Part shown: one piece after another, positions 1-10,139 of the stretch
Layout of the letters: each line of letters starts with the position of its first letter
How positions within the stretch are numbered: the stretch's first letter is position 1
Source of the DNA: Candidatus Fermentibacteraceae bacterium
GTDB lineage: Bacteria > Fermentibacterota > Fermentibacteria > Fermentibacterales > JCC-6
Reading direction: 5' to 3'
Length of the DNA: 53,389 bases
NCBI GenBank assembly: GCA_041686025.1
Contig: JAWLEP010000020.1
Location: 1 to 53,389, forward strand
The notes under the pieces: generated by a model
The model's database searches: none
What the model was told of the DNA's origin: nothing
What the model saw: only the letters and a program-made list of their open reading frames with translations
Translations under genes and position numbers: made by a program

Positions 1-1
1 C

Positions 2-358
2 GTATCCGTCCTCTGCCCGGTGATATCCTCCCGTCCGGCGGAGGGACGGGCCGTACTGTACGGCGGGGCCGTGCACTTGTCAAAAGAGTACTTGACACTA
101 GACGGTACCCGCGTCTACGGCGCCCTGGCCTCCCCGGACTCCGCCTCCCCGTTCGAGCCGGACCTCTCGCTGCCGCTGGTGCGTCTGTCCCAGGAGCACG
201 GCGTGGTCGGCGCGCCGGGGGCCGGGCTCCGGGTGGGCGATCTGGTGAGCGTGGTGCCGGTGCATTCCTGCCTGGCCTGCGACCTCTACTCGGAGTACAT
301 GCTGCAGGAGGGTGGCGGAGTGGGGCGGATGGCCTCCTGCAGGGCCGGGGGAGGCTGA
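2..358 (+). CDS. C-terminal part of a PLP-dependent alanine-racemase-fold enzyme (D-serine dehydratase / D-threonine aldolase-like); 5' end outside the window
   Basis: Frame open from base 2. Motifs 'LSQEHG' and 'LRVGDLVSVVPVHSCL' are typical of the DSD1/D-TA C-terminal domain. Confidence 0.75.
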   Translation, partial: VSVLCPVISSRPAEGRAVLYGGAVHLSKEYLTLDGTRVYGALASPDSASPFEPDLSLPLVRLSQEHGVVGAPGAGLRVGDLVSVVPVHSCLACDLYSEYMLQEGGGVGRMASCRAGGG

Positions 359-368
359 CGCCGAGCCT

Positions 369-396
369 TTCAGACCGGGCCGGGCTTCTGTATAAT
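369..396 (+). promoter_or_regulatory. Putative sigma70 promoter for the der operon
   Basis: TTCAGA-16 nt-TATAAT (perfect -10 at 391-396) in the short AT-richer gap before der. Confidence 0.5.
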
Positions 397-437
397 TCCC
401 CATTCGACGCCGCGCCCGCAGAGGGTCTGCCGCACAG

Positions 438-1763
438 ATGGAGGGGGCTCGCTTGACCATACCAACGGTGGCGGTGGTGGGGAGGGTCAACGTAGGAAAG
501 TCGGCCTTCTTCAACCGCCTCGTAGGAAGACGAAACGCCATAGTCGACGACGCCCCGGGCGTCACGCGAGACCGCAACATGGACACCTGCGTCTGGGGGG
601 GCAGGACGTTCTTCGTGGTGGACACCGGTGGCCTGGCCCCGGGCACGGAGGACCCCATGCAGGACTCCATCGAGCGACAGGTGCGCCTGGCGGTGGCGGA
701 CGCAGACGCGGTCGTGCTGGTGACGGACGTCACCCAGGGCGTCCACCCCTTCGACCAGACGGCGGCGGGTCTGGTGCGGCGGTCGGGGCTGCCCTTCTTC
801 CTGGCGGTGAACAAGGTGGACAACCAGCGGCGCGAGGAGCTGGTGGTGGACTTCTACAGCCTGGGCCTGGGAGACCCCTGGCCGGTGAGCTCGCTGCACG
901 GCAGGGGGGTGGGAGACCTGCTGGACGCCGTGGTGCAGTCGCTTCCCGGGGAGGAAGGGGAGGAGCCCGCCGGCGCCGGGGGGGAGCTGAACCTGGCCGT
1001 GGTGGGCAGGCCCAACGTGGGCAAGAGCTCCATCGTGAACCGGCTCTGCGGCAGCGAGCGCTGCCTGGTCACCCCGGAGGCCGGGACCACCCGCGACTCC
1101 ACCGACACGGTCCTGGAGCACGATGGCAGGCGGGTCCGCCTGGTGGACACCGCCGGCCTCCGCCGCAGGTCGCGCAGGATGGAGGACGTGGAGTACTACA
1201 GCACCGTGAGGGCCTGGCGGTCCATGAGCGTTGCCGACGTGGTGCTGGTGGTGCTGGACGGGGCCGAGTACCCCACGCAGCAGGACCTCCGCATCGCGGG
1301 AAAGGCCTGGGAGCTGGGCAAGGGGCTGGTCTTCGGCGTCAACAAGGTGGACCTGGGCCTGGACCGGGACCTCTGGAGGGAGGCCATCAGGGAGCGGTTC
1401 GCCCCGGCCAGGTGGATTCCCGTGATGTTCCACTCGGCCCTGACCGGCAAGGGCATGGACCAGGTGATACCCACGGTGCTGCGGGTGGGCCACCGCAGGG
1501 AGGCCGACATAAGGACCTCCACGGTGAACGAGAAGCTGAGGCAGGCGGTGGAGCGGGTGCAGCCCCCCGCCCCCAGGGGACGCCCCGTGCGCTTCTTCTA
1601 CGCCACCCAGGTGGGCGGCCGTCCCCCCAAGCTGCTGGTGTTCGTCAACCGGCCCGGGGACATACCCGAGAACTACCGGCGCTACATTGAGAACAGCCTC
1701 CGGGAGGTGCTGGAGATGGACGGAGTGCCCCTCAAGGTGCTCTACAGGGCCCGGAAGCACTGA
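438..1763 (+). CDS. der: Ribosome biogenesis GTPase Der (EngA)
   Basis: Two tandem GTPase domains (GRVNVGKS, GVTRD, DTGG, NKVD; GRPNVGKS, GTTRD, DTAG, NKVD) plus a C-terminal KH-like domain. Start may be TTG at 453. Confidence 0.97.
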   Translation: MEGARLTIPTVAVVGRVNVGKSAFFNRLVGRRNAIVDDAPGVTRDRNMDTCVWGGRTFFVVDTGGLAPGTEDPMQDSIERQVRLAVADADAVVLVTDVTQGVHPFDQTAAGLVRRSGLPFFLAVNKVDNQRREELVVDFYSLGLGDPWPVSSLHGRGVGDLLDAVVQSLPGEEGEEPAGAGGELNLAVVGRPNVGKSSIVNRLCGSERCLVTPEAGTTRDSTDTVLEHDGRRVRLVDTAGLRRRSRRMEDVEYYSTVRAWRSMSVADVVLVVLDGAEYPTQQDLRIAGKAWELGKGLVFGVNKVDLGLDRDLWREAIRERFAPARWIPVMFHSALTGKGMDQVIPTVLRVGHRREADIRTSTVNEKLRQAVERVQPPAPRGRPVRFFYATQVGGRPPKLLVFVNRPGDIPENYRRYIENSLREVLEMDGVPLKVLYRARKH

Positions 1764-2365
1764 TGGAGTCGGCGGCGGTTCTGGCCGGATCCTTCCTGGC
1801 GGGGTCGATCCCCTTCTCCTGGCTGCTGGGAAGGTTGCGGGGCACGGACATCAGGAGGAAGGGCTCGGGGAACGTGGGGGCCACCAACCTCCTGCGGACC
1901 TGCGGGACGGGCACAGGCGTGGCCGGGCTGGTGCTGGACGCCCTGAAGGGGGCGGCTCCGGTGACCGCCGCCATGGCCCTGGGCCTCTCCGGGCCGGTGC
2001 AGGCGGCCTGCGCGGTACTGGCGGTGCTGGGCCACGTCCTCACCCCCTGGCTGGGCTTCCGCGGCGGCAAGGGGGTGGCCACAGCAATGGGGGCCCTCCT
2101 GGTGCTGGCCACGTGGCCGGTGCTGGCGGCGCTGGGGGTTTTCGCCGCGGTGCTGGCGCTGTCGGGGTACGTCTCCCTGGCCTCCATCTGCGCCGCGGTG
2201 TCCCTGGTGCCCGCGTCGCTGCTCCTGATGCCCGGAGGCCACAACCTGGCCGTCCACGTGGTCTGCGGCCTGGTGGCCGCGCTGGTGGTGGTCCGGCACC
2301 TGGGCAACATCCGCCGGCTGCTGCGGGGCGAGGAGTCCAGGTTCTCCCCGGGGAGGGAGCGATGA
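1763..2365 (+). CDS. plsY: Glycerol-3-phosphate acyltransferase PlsY
   Basis: GSIPF, DIR.KGSGNVGATN, D.LKG, GH...W.GFRGGKGVAT and RH.GNI.RLL.G.E motifs; usual position after der. Confidence 0.96.
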   Translation: MESAAVLAGSFLAGSIPFSWLLGRLRGTDIRRKGSGNVGATNLLRTCGTGTGVAGLVLDALKGAAPVTAAMALGLSGPVQAACAVLAVLGHVLTPWLGFRGGKGVATAMGALLVLATWPVLAALGVFAAVLALSGYVSLASICAAVSLVPASLLLMPGGHNLAVHVVCGLVAALVVVRHLGNIRRLLRGEESRFSPGRER

Positions 2366-3141
2366 CCACCTCACCGGCCGGAACCTGGCTGCTGCTGCGA
2401 AGCCTGGTGGTGAAGGACCTGAAGGTCCGCTACAAGAGGTCGGTGCTGGGCTTCTTCTGGTTCCTCCTCAAGCCCCTGTTCAGCATGGTGGTCTACACCA
2501 TCGTATTCACCCGGATCATCCGGTTCGGCGGGGAGATAGAGCACTTCTCCCTGTTCCTGCTCACCGGCCTGCTGCCCTGGAACTTCTTCAGCGCCTCCCT
2601 GAACTCCTCCACCCGCTCCCTGCTGGACAACACCCGGCTTATAAGGAGCGTCTACTTCCCCCGGACCACTCTGCCGGTGGCGGAGGTGGTGGCCAACTCC
2701 GTCCACCTGGCCCTGGCCCTGTGCGTTCTGGAAGCCGCCCTGATCGCCTTCGGCCACTACCCCGGGCCCTCGCTGCTCCTGGTGATCCCCGCCACCCTGA
2801 TGTTGATGGCCATGGTCTCCGGCATGGGCATGATCCTGGCGGTGGGCAACGTGTTCTACCGGGACGTGGCCCAGCTGGTGGAGGTCCTGCTGCTGGCATG
2901 GTTCTACGCCTCCCCCATCATCTATCCGCTGGGGAAGGGCCTGGTGCCGGCCGCGGTGGAGAGCGCGGTGCGCTTCAACCCCCTCTCCGGCCTGCTCTCC
3001 ATCTTCCACTCCTGCCTCTACGAGGGCGGATGGCCCCCGGCGTGGGCCTGGCTGTCCCTGGTGGGGTGGACCCTGTTCTTCGTTCTGGTGGGAACGGCCG
3101 TGTTCCGGAGGGCCGAGCCGGTGGTTGTGAAGGAGCTGTGA
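2362..3141 (+). CDS. wzm: ABC-2 polysaccharide export permease (Wzm-like)
   Basis: ATG overlaps the plsY stop (ATGA). 'DLKVRYKRSVLGFFW', 'FYRDV', 'WFYASPIIYP', 'NPL'; about six hydrophobic segments. Confidence 0.92.
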   Translation: MTTSPAGTWLLLRSLVVKDLKVRYKRSVLGFFWFLLKPLFSMVVYTIVFTRIIRFGGEIEHFSLFLLTGLLPWNFFSASLNSSTRSLLDNTRLIRSVYFPRTTLPVAEVVANSVHLALALCVLEAALIAFGHYPGPSLLLVIPATLMLMAMVSGMGMILAVGNVFYRDVAQLVEVLLLAWFYASPIIYPLGKGLVPAAVESAVRFNPLSGLLSIFHSCLYEGGWPPAWAWLSLVGWTLFFVLVGTAVFRRAEPVVVKEL

Positions 3142-4340
3142 TGGCGGCGCCGGGTACCGTGGAGTTCCGGGACGTGGCCCTGGACTACCGGATATACCAC
3201 GACCGCACACTGAGCCTGATGGAGTCGGTGATGAACCTCTTCGGAAGGAGCAGCAGCAGCGAGACCTTCCGGGCCCTGGACGGCCTGACCTTCGCGGTGG
3301 CCCCCGGGGAGTCGGTGGCCATCATCGGCCCCAACGGCGCCGGGAAGTCCACCACGCTGAAGCTCCTGGCCGGGATCTACGAGCCCACGTCCGGAACCGT
3401 ATCGTCGGTGGGCCGCACGGCCTCGCTGCTGGACCTGGGGGTGGGGTTCCACCCCGAGCTCACCGGGGCGGAGAACGTCTACCTCAACGGCGCGCTGCTG
3501 GGCCTGGGCAGGGCCAGGATGGAGGAGCTGCTGCCGGAGATAGCGGAGTTCGCTCAGCTGGAGCGGTTCATGGACAGCCCGGTGAAGTACTACTCGTCGG
3601 GGATGTTCATGCGGCTGGGCTTCAGCCTGGCCACCTCGGTGGACCCGGACATACTGCTGGTGGACGAGGTGCTGGCGGTGGGGGACGCCTCCTTCCAGTC
3701 CCGCTGCTACGACAGGATCTACAGCTACAGGGGCTCGGGCCGGACCATCGTCTTCGTCTCCCACGACATGGAGGCGGTCTCCCGGCTGTGCGGGCGGGTG
3801 ATATGGCTGGACCGGGGGAAGGTGGTCCGTGACGGAAGCCCCGGGGAGGTGCTGCCGGAGTACCTGTCCAGCTCCAGCCGCCGGAGGGCGGAGGACGGGA
3901 GCGTGGCCCCGCGGGAGTGGGGCTCCCGGGAGGTCTGGTTCGACAGGGTGGAGCTCACCGATTCCACGGGGACCCCCCGGCGGCGGTTCCGGGCGGGGGA
4001 GAGGCTGCTGGTGAGAGCCCTGATAAGGGCCCGGGGCGGGGAGAGGGTGGAGGACATCGTCTGGGGCTTCTCCATACACCGCACCGACGGGGAGACCGTG
4101 GTGGGGGTGAACAACCTGGAGCTCAACCGCCCCCTGCTGACGGTGGAGGGCAGCCTGGAGGCGGAGCTGGAGATAGGCCTGGAGGTGCCCGAGCCGGGAA
4201 ACTACCTGCTGGGGCTGGCCCTCACCGATCCGGTGCGCAGGCGCGACTACCACTGGCTCGACTACCACTTCCCCCTGGAGCTGCTGGGGCCGCGCCGTAC
4301 CGAGCCGGTGAGGCTGGTGGACGCCGAGTGGCGCTGGTAG
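3141..4340 (+). CDS. wzt: ABC polysaccharide export ATPase (Wzt-like) with C-terminal carbohydrate-binding domain
   Basis: GPNGAGKST, GFHPELTG.EN, YSSGM, DEVLAVGD..F, VSH; a ~150-aa Ig-like Wzt_C extension starting near 'WGSREVWF'. Confidence 0.93.
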   Translation: MAAPGTVEFRDVALDYRIYHDRTLSLMESVMNLFGRSSSSETFRALDGLTFAVAPGESVAIIGPNGAGKSTTLKLLAGIYEPTSGTVSSVGRTASLLDLGVGFHPELTGAENVYLNGALLGLGRARMEELLPEIAEFAQLERFMDSPVKYYSSGMFMRLGFSLATSVDPDILLVDEVLAVGDASFQSRCYDRIYSYRGSGRTIVFVSHDMEAVSRLCGRVIWLDRGKVVRDGSPGEVLPEYLSSSSRRRAEDGSVAPREWGSREVWFDRVELTDSTGTPRRRFRAGERLLVRALIRARGGERVEDIVWGFSIHRTDGETVVGVNNLELNRPLLTVEGSLEAELEIGLEVPEPGNYLLGLALTDPVRRRDYHWLDYHFPLELLGPRRTEPVRLVDAEWRW

Positions 4341-5656
4341 ACCGCGGCGGCCCCCGACTCTGGGTCCCCCTGCTGGCCCTGGCCGTGATCCTGCCCCGGA
4401 TGGCATTCTTCGGCTTCCTGGGGGGTGCGCTGCCGGCGCCCCCCCGAGACCAGGAGCTCTACATCCGGCTTGCCGGCAGGATCGCCGGGGGGGAGGGGCT
4501 GTCCTTCTCCCCCGACGAGGCCGCGGCCAAGTACGGCAGGGTTCCGGACAACGTAGTGGGCCAGTCCTGGAGCGGCACCGAGAACCTGGTCTTCGGCATG
4601 GTGCCCGCCGGGGAGCCCACCGCCGCGGTGGAGCCGGGGTATCCGGTGCTCCTGGCCCTGGCCTTCGCCCTGCTGGGGCCGGTGAGCGGCGGGGTCTTCC
4701 TGCTGAACACCCTCTTCTTCCTGGCCGGTGCCTTCGCGGTGCGGCTGCTGGTGGCCGGCAGATGGGGGGAGCGGACGGCCAACCTGGCCGCCTTCCTCTG
4801 GGCCCTCTACCCGCCCTTCGTCTACTACACGGCCTACGCCATGACCGAGGCGGTCCACATATCCCTGCTGGCCGTGGTGCTGGCGCTGGCCGACCGGGCC
4901 GGGGGTAGACCGTGGTGGGCGGCGGGAGCGGGAGCGGCCCTGGGCGCGCTCTGCCTGGTGCGGGCCACCGCCCTGCTGATACTGCCCTTCCTATGCGGCT
5001 GGGTCCTGTGGCGCGTCCGGCGCGGCCGGAGCCTCCGCCCGGCGCTGGGCCGGACGGCCCTGATGGCCGTGGCCTTCATGGCGATGATGGTCCCCTGGAT
5101 GGCCCGCAACGCCTCCGCCCTGGGAGAACCGGTCCTGATGCCCACCAAGGGCTCGCTGAACATCTGGATGCGAAGCAATCCGGAGGCCCTGGAGCTGGAG
5201 GGGATCGGACTGCCCGGATGGGTGGAGGAGAGCATCGTCAACCGGCGGCTGCTGGAGTACCCCGACCTTCCCGCCGACGCCGGAGAGCTGGCCCGCAGCG
5301 AGGCCCTGGGGGACAGGGCCATGGACTTCGCCCTCTCCAACCCGGTGCTCATGGCCTGGCTGGTGCCCCTTCGCCTGGGGGCCTTCATGGACCCCTCCCC
5401 GGCGGGGGGCGCCGCCGGAATGGCCCAGCTGCTGCTCTTCGGCGGCCTGATGCTGCTGGGCAGCGCCGGCCTCTACCTCCACCGCCGCACCCCCACCGCG
5501 CAGCTGCTGGCCCTCTGCTTCGTGGCCTACGCCCTGGTCCATTCCCTGGCCCACGGCGGGGTGCGGTACAGGTTGCCGGTGGAGACCGTTATGATCGTGG
5601 GAACCGCTCTGCTGGCCTCGAGGTTGCTGTGGGGAAACGGAAGGGAATCGGCGTGA
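4328..5656 (+). CDS. GT-C fold membrane glycosyltransferase (ArnT/PMT-like), copy 1
   Basis: Multi-TM protein with 'DQELY', 'PGYP', 'MTE', 'VRAT', 'PWMARN' and 'RYRLP'. Start placed at GTG 4328, overlapping the end of wzt. Confidence 0.8.
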   Translation: MALVDRGGPRLWVPLLALAVILPRMAFFGFLGGALPAPPRDQELYIRLAGRIAGGEGLSFSPDEAAAKYGRVPDNVVGQSWSGTENLVFGMVPAGEPTAAVEPGYPVLLALAFALLGPVSGGVFLLNTLFFLAGAFAVRLLVAGRWGERTANLAAFLWALYPPFVYYTAYAMTEAVHISLLAVVLALADRAGGRPWWAAGAGAALGALCLVRATALLILPFLCGWVLWRVRRGRSLRPALGRTALMAVAFMAMMVPWMARNASALGEPVLMPTKGSLNIWMRSNPEALELEGIGLPGWVEESIVNRRLLEYPDLPADAGELARSEALGDRAMDFALSNPVLMAWLVPLRLGAFMDPSPAGGAAGMAQLLLFGGLMLLGSAGLYLHRRTPTAQLLALCFVAYALVHSLAHGGVRYRLPVETVMIVGTALLASRLLWGNGRESA

Positions 5657-7029
5657 GACGGAGGCCCGGGAGGATACTGCTGGTGTTTCCGGAGACTCGC
5701 TACCCCTCGGGGCAGCCGCCCCTGGGGCTGGCCATGCTCTCCGCCGTGGCCCGCCGAAGGGGTGGGGAGACCGCCGCCTGCGACATGTCCTTCCTGAAGC
5801 ATCCCTTCCGTACACTGCGCCGCCAGCTTGCGGAGATGCGGCCGGACACCGTGGGCATCTCCATACTGACCCCCCAGCTGGCGGACGCCGCAAGGGCCGC
5901 GGAGATCGTGCGGGAGGCGGCGCCGGAGGCATTTCTCGTCTGCGGAGGACCCCACGCCACGGTGATGCCCGAGGACACCATGGCCCGAACCGGGGCCGAC
6001 CTGGTCTACTCCGGGGAGGCCGAGGGGGCCCTGGCCCTTCTGATGGACGGCGCCGATCCCGCCGGGATCCCCGGGGCATGCCTGCCCGAGGGCGACGGCT
6101 GCCGCAGGACGCCCGGCCTCCTCCTGGCCGAGGACCTCGACCGGCTGCCCCTGCCCGACCGCTCCATCTTCGACATGGAGAGCTACTTCTCCAGCTGGTA
6201 CTCCATGGACCGGGTGGACCCGCGGCTTCGGGGGACCTCCGTGATGGCCACCAGGGGCTGCCCCTTCTCCTGTACCTTCTGCCAGCCCACCCTCAGCGAG
6301 ATCTTCGGGAAGACGATGCGCAAGCGCTCCCCGGAGGGAATAACCGACGAGCTGGAGCAGCTGAAGCGGGACTACGGCATAGACGCCTTCATGTTCGAGG
6401 ACTCCACCTTCGTGGTGGACGCCGGCTGGGTGCACGAGATCTGCGACCTGATGCTCTCCCGGCAGACGGGGCTGCGCTGGTGCTGCAACGTCCGGGCCGA
6501 CCTGCTGCAGCCCGAGCTGCTGGACCACATGGTGGAGGCCGGCCTCTCCAAGATCAACATGGGCGTGGAGTCCGCCTCCCAGCGGGTCCTGGACGACATC
6601 TACAACAAGGGCATAACCGTGGAGGGCGTACGCAGGGCCCTGGCGATGGCCAAGGAGCGGGGGGTATACGTGCAGGGCTACTTCATGCTCGGCGCCCCCG
6701 GGGAGACCCGGGAGGAGATGGAGCGCACCATCCGCTTCGCCTCCTCCGAGCCCTTCGACGACGCGGTTTTCGACATCACCACCCCCTTCCCCCATACCTA
6801 CCTGTGGGAGAAGACGAAGGACCTGATCAGGGGGGACTACGAGGAGTTCGACTGCTTCCACCGGTCCGTATACGAGCTGGAGGGCTTCGACCCCCGGGAG
6901 ATAGAGAGGATGAAGAAGCGGGCTTTCTGGCGCTTCTACGCCCATCCATCCAGGATCCTGCGCACCATCCGCACCGTCCTGGGCCCCCGCAACCTCCGGC
7001 GGACGCTGCTGAAGGCCCGGAGGGTATAG
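5653..7029 (+). CDS. B12-binding-domain radical SAM protein, copy 1
   Basis: GTG overlaps the upstream stop (GTGA). N-terminal 'PPLGLAML...GGPHAT' cobalamin-binding-like domain, CPFSCTFC, 'GVESAS', 'FMLG.PGET'. Confidence 0.92.
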   Translation: MRRRPGRILLVFPETRYPSGQPPLGLAMLSAVARRRGGETAACDMSFLKHPFRTLRRQLAEMRPDTVGISILTPQLADAARAAEIVREAAPEAFLVCGGPHATVMPEDTMARTGADLVYSGEAEGALALLMDGADPAGIPGACLPEGDGCRRTPGLLLAEDLDRLPLPDRSIFDMESYFSSWYSMDRVDPRLRGTSVMATRGCPFSCTFCQPTLSEIFGKTMRKRSPEGITDELEQLKRDYGIDAFMFEDSTFVVDAGWVHEICDLMLSRQTGLRWCCNVRADLLQPELLDHMVEAGLSKINMGVESASQRVLDDIYNKGITVEGVRRALAMAKERGVYVQGYFMLGAPGETREEMERTIRFASSEPFDDAVFDITTPFPHTYLWEKTKDLIRGDYEEFDCFHRSVYELEGFDPREIERMKKRAFWRFYAHPSRILRTIRTVLGPRNLRRTLLKARRV

Positions 7030-7030
7030 G

Positions 7031-7783
7031 ATGGCCTCCGCCACGGTGACCGTCACCATGGACGACGCCGGCGCGGACCCCGCGGTGAACGGTGCCCTGG
7101 CCCGCTGCCTGGAGGCCGGGGCCCTGGACTGCGTCAGCGTCATGGCCTCCGGCAGGCACTGGGAGGAGGCCTGCGACATGGCGGGGGAGTCGGGCCTGCC
7201 CGTCTCCGTGCACCTGAACTGCGTCGAGCCCCCCTTCCTGACCGATTCCGACTTTCCCGGCGGCATACTCTCCTGGACCCTCTACGCCTCCTCCCTGGCT
7301 CCCGCTGCCCGCAGGGAGTGGAGGATGCAGATCGAGCGGCTCCTCTCCCGGGGTCTGATGCTCACCAGGATGGACGGCCACAGGCACCTGCACCACCTGC
7401 CCCCGCTGCGGGAGGCGGCCCTGGACCTGGCCGAGGAGTACGGAATCCGCATCGTCCGGGCAGCGGTGGTTCCCCCCGGGGACGGGGGCCTGCGGGGCCT
7501 CTACCTGCGCCGTCTGGGCAGGCGGCTGGCCGAAGGGGCCCGGGCAAGGGGCCTGGCGGCCACCTCGCTGATGCTGGGCTTCGGCCGCAGCGGCCGGGTG
7601 GGAAAGCGCTACCTGCAGAGGGCCGAGCGGCTCCTGGACTCTGCGGGGCTGTCCGGCGACGACGAGGTGGAGCTGGTGATGCACCCGGCGCTGAGGCCGG
7701 TATGGAGCGGGGGACAGCCGGAGGAGCTCTCACTTCTCACATCAGATTGGTACGGGCAATGGTCACGTCGCAACAGAGGCTGA
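7031..7783 (+). CDS. YdjC/ChbG/HpnK-family carbohydrate deacetylase
   Basis: 'MDDAG', 'VHLN', 'DGHRHLH' and 'ELVMHP' motifs of the YdjC family. Confidence 0.85.
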   Translation: MASATVTVTMDDAGADPAVNGALARCLEAGALDCVSVMASGRHWEEACDMAGESGLPVSVHLNCVEPPFLTDSDFPGGILSWTLYASSLAPAARREWRMQIERLLSRGLMLTRMDGHRHLHHLPPLREAALDLAEEYGIRIVRAAVVPPGDGGLRGLYLRRLGRRLAEGARARGLAATSLMLGFGRSGRVGKRYLQRAERLLDSAGLSGDDEVELVMHPALRPVWSGGQPEELSLLTSDWYGQWSRRNRG

Positions 7784-9129
7784 CCCGGGCGCTGCTGCTG
7801 CTGGCCCTGCTGGCCAGGGTGTTCGTGGGCCTCCTTGCCGCCCGGGGCGTGTTCCTTCTGGGGGAGGGGAGGATGCAGGCGGCCCTGGCGGGCAGGATGA
7901 TGGAGGGCGAGGGCTTCTCCATTCCCCGGGAGATGCTCTATCCCGACATCCCTCCGGAGCGCAGCAACCCCCTGCTGGAGAGGACGTTCGAGTTCTACCG
8001 GGAGGTGGACGGCTTCTACGGGGTCCTGAGGCCGGAGAGGCCCACCACCTTCCTGGTGCCGGGGTATCCGGTCTTCCTCTGCGGGGTGTACGCCGTGTTC
8101 GGGGTGGGGAGCCACCTGGCGGTGAGGCTGGTCCAGCTCCTGCTGGGAATGGTCACCGTGGCCCTGGGCCTGGCCCTGGCCCGCCGCTTCCTCTCCGGCA
8201 GGCGGTACGCCCTGGCCGGGCTCTTCATCGCCCTGGACCCCTTCGAGCTGTACTACGAGGCCATTCCCGCCACCCAGGCGCTGTTCAGCCTTCTGTTCAT
8301 CGGCGGGCTGCTGCTCTCGCTGCGCCTGATCCGCAGGCCGGGATGGAAGGAGGGCCTGGCCGCCGGCCTGGTGTGGGCCGCGGCCTTCTACGTGCGCCCC
8401 GCCGCCCTGCCCGTCTTCCTGTGGACGGTTCCGGTGGTCCTGGCCGCCGGCCGGCTCTCTGGGAGGTCCATAGCCGGCTCGGCGGTGGTCCTGGGGGTCT
8501 TCTTCGCCGCCATGGTCCCCTGGATGGCCAGGAACCACAGGGTCTCGGGCAGGGCGATCCTGCTGCCCACGCAGGGGGGGGTGCAGCTGTGGGAGGCGGC
8601 CGGCCGGCCTCTCACCGACCATTTCCAGGACGAGACCAGGGGGGCCAGGACCCTCTACGGCCCCACCAGAAGCTACTGGATCGACAGGGTGGAGTCCCGC
8701 CGGCTGGCGGAGTTCCCGGAGTTCACCGAAGAGAGCGAATGGTACAGGGACAGCGTTCTCTACAGCAGGATGACCCGGTTCATCGGCCGGAACCCCGTCT
8801 ACTACCTGCACACCATGCTGCTGCGGTTCGCCGAGTTCTTCAAGCCCTTCCCGCTGAACGTATTCTCGCCCGTCTACGTTCTGGCCGGGCTACTGGGGTT
8901 CTTCTGGGTGACGGTGTTCGCCGGGGCGGGGTCGATACTGGCCGCCCTCCGGCGCGGCCCCGGCGGCTTCTACCTGGCCACCTCCGTGTGGGGATACGCC
9001 CTGATGCACCTGATCACCATCTCCGGGACGCCCCACAGGGTGGCCATCGACTTCCCGCTGATGGTGCTGGCCACCATGGGCCTGGCCCACGCCTGGCGAC
9101 GGCTGCGGGCCGGAAGGCGGGAGCATTGA
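7759..9129 (+). CDS. GT-C fold membrane glycosyltransferase (ArnT/PMT-like), copy 2
   Basis: Multi-TM protein with 'PGYP', 'VRP' and 'MVPWMARN...LPTQG', shared with copy 1. Start ATG 7759. Confidence 0.8.
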   Translation: MVTSQQRLTRALLLLALLARVFVGLLAARGVFLLGEGRMQAALAGRMMEGEGFSIPREMLYPDIPPERSNPLLERTFEFYREVDGFYGVLRPERPTTFLVPGYPVFLCGVYAVFGVGSHLAVRLVQLLLGMVTVALGLALARRFLSGRRYALAGLFIALDPFELYYEAIPATQALFSLLFIGGLLLSLRLIRRPGWKEGLAAGLVWAAAFYVRPAALPVFLWTVPVVLAAGRLSGRSIAGSAVVLGVFFAAMVPWMARNHRVSGRAILLPTQGGVQLWEAAGRPLTDHFQDETRGARTLYGPTRSYWIDRVESRRLAEFPEFTEESEWYRDSVLYSRMTRFIGRNPVYYLHTMLLRFAEFFKPFPLNVFSPVYVLAGLLGFFWVTVFAGAGSILAALRRGPGGFYLATSVWGYALMHLITISGTPHRVAIDFPLMVLATMGLAHAWRRLRAGRREH

Positions 9130-10139
9130 CCCGGACCCTGCTGGTGAAGACCCACGCCTTCGGGGACGCGCTGCTGTCCACCCCGGCCGCCGCCGGCCTG
9201 GTGGAGGCCGGGCACAGTGTTACGGTACTGGCCGGACCCTCCTCGCTTCCGGTGTGGGAGCGGATGCCGGGCCTCGCAGCGGTGCGGACCGCGCCCTCCC
9301 CTCCGCAGGGCCCCCTGGGCGCGCTGCACCTGGCGGCATGGACCCTGCGGGCGCGGGCGAGCTTCCGCGGCTTCCACCGGGTGGTCTACCTGGGCCGGTC
9401 GCCGGCGGTGAGGAGGTGGCTGCGGTTCCTCACCGGGGCCGCCATGCGCAGCGGCGGGGATGAGCCGCTGGGGGACTGGGAGACGGTCTTTCCGCAGCGG
9501 GAGGGGGAGCTGGCCTCCGCCGCCTTCGGGCGAATGGCGGGAGTGGAGCCGGACTCCCTGACCCCCCGCTTTCCCCTGGCCCCCGGGGAGATGGAGCGGG
9601 CCCGGAAGAGGCTGGGGGGCGGCGATTGGCTGGCCGTGGCCCCCGGGGGAGGCGACAACCCCCGCGACAGCGTGGCCGAGAAGCGCTGGGCCCCGGGCCG
9701 GTTCGCCGGGGTTTGCCGCGCGGTGATGGACCGTGGAATCCGGGTGGTGCTGCTGGGAGGGCCGCGGGACGCCGGGGCCGCCTCACGGGTGGAGGCCGAG
9801 GCCCCGGGGGTCCTGAACCTCACGGGGACCACCGGATGGGGCGAGACCGCCGCCCTGACGGCGGCGGCCGGCAGGTTCCTGGGGGTGGACAGCGGGCCCG
9901 CCCACCTGGCCACGGCGGTGGGGGCCGGCGCTGTGGTGATGTTCGGGCCCACCGCACCCGACTGCCTCTACGCGCCTGGCCTGGTGCGGCCGGTGCTGTC
10001 GGCTGCGGAGTGTGCGCCCTGCTACGCCAACATGCCCTTCCCCGGCTGCCCCCGGGGGGGCGGCTGCATGGAGATGATCACCGCGGACATGGTTCTGGAG
10101 GCCCTGGCCCCGATCCTCGGCGGAGGTAGCGGAGAATGA
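9126..10139 (+). CDS. Glycosyltransferase family 9 (heptosyltransferase-like)
   Basis: TTG overlaps the upstream stop. 'FGDALLSTP', 'KRW', 'DSGPAHLA', 'FGPT' and a C-terminal CxPC...C...C cluster. Confidence 0.88.
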   Translation: MTRTLLVKTHAFGDALLSTPAAAGLVEAGHSVTVLAGPSSLPVWERMPGLAAVRTAPSPPQGPLGALHLAAWTLRARASFRGFHRVVYLGRSPAVRRWLRFLTGAAMRSGGDEPLGDWETVFPQREGELASAAFGRMAGVEPDSLTPRFPLAPGEMERARKRLGGGDWLAVAPGGGDNPRDSVAEKRWAPGRFAGVCRAVMDRGIRVVLLGGPRDAGAASRVEAEAPGVLNLTGTTGWGETAALTAAAGRFLGVDSGPAHLATAVGAGAVVMFGPTAPDCLYAPGLVRPVLSAAECAPCYANMPFPGCPRGGGCMEMITADMVLEALAPILGGGSGE

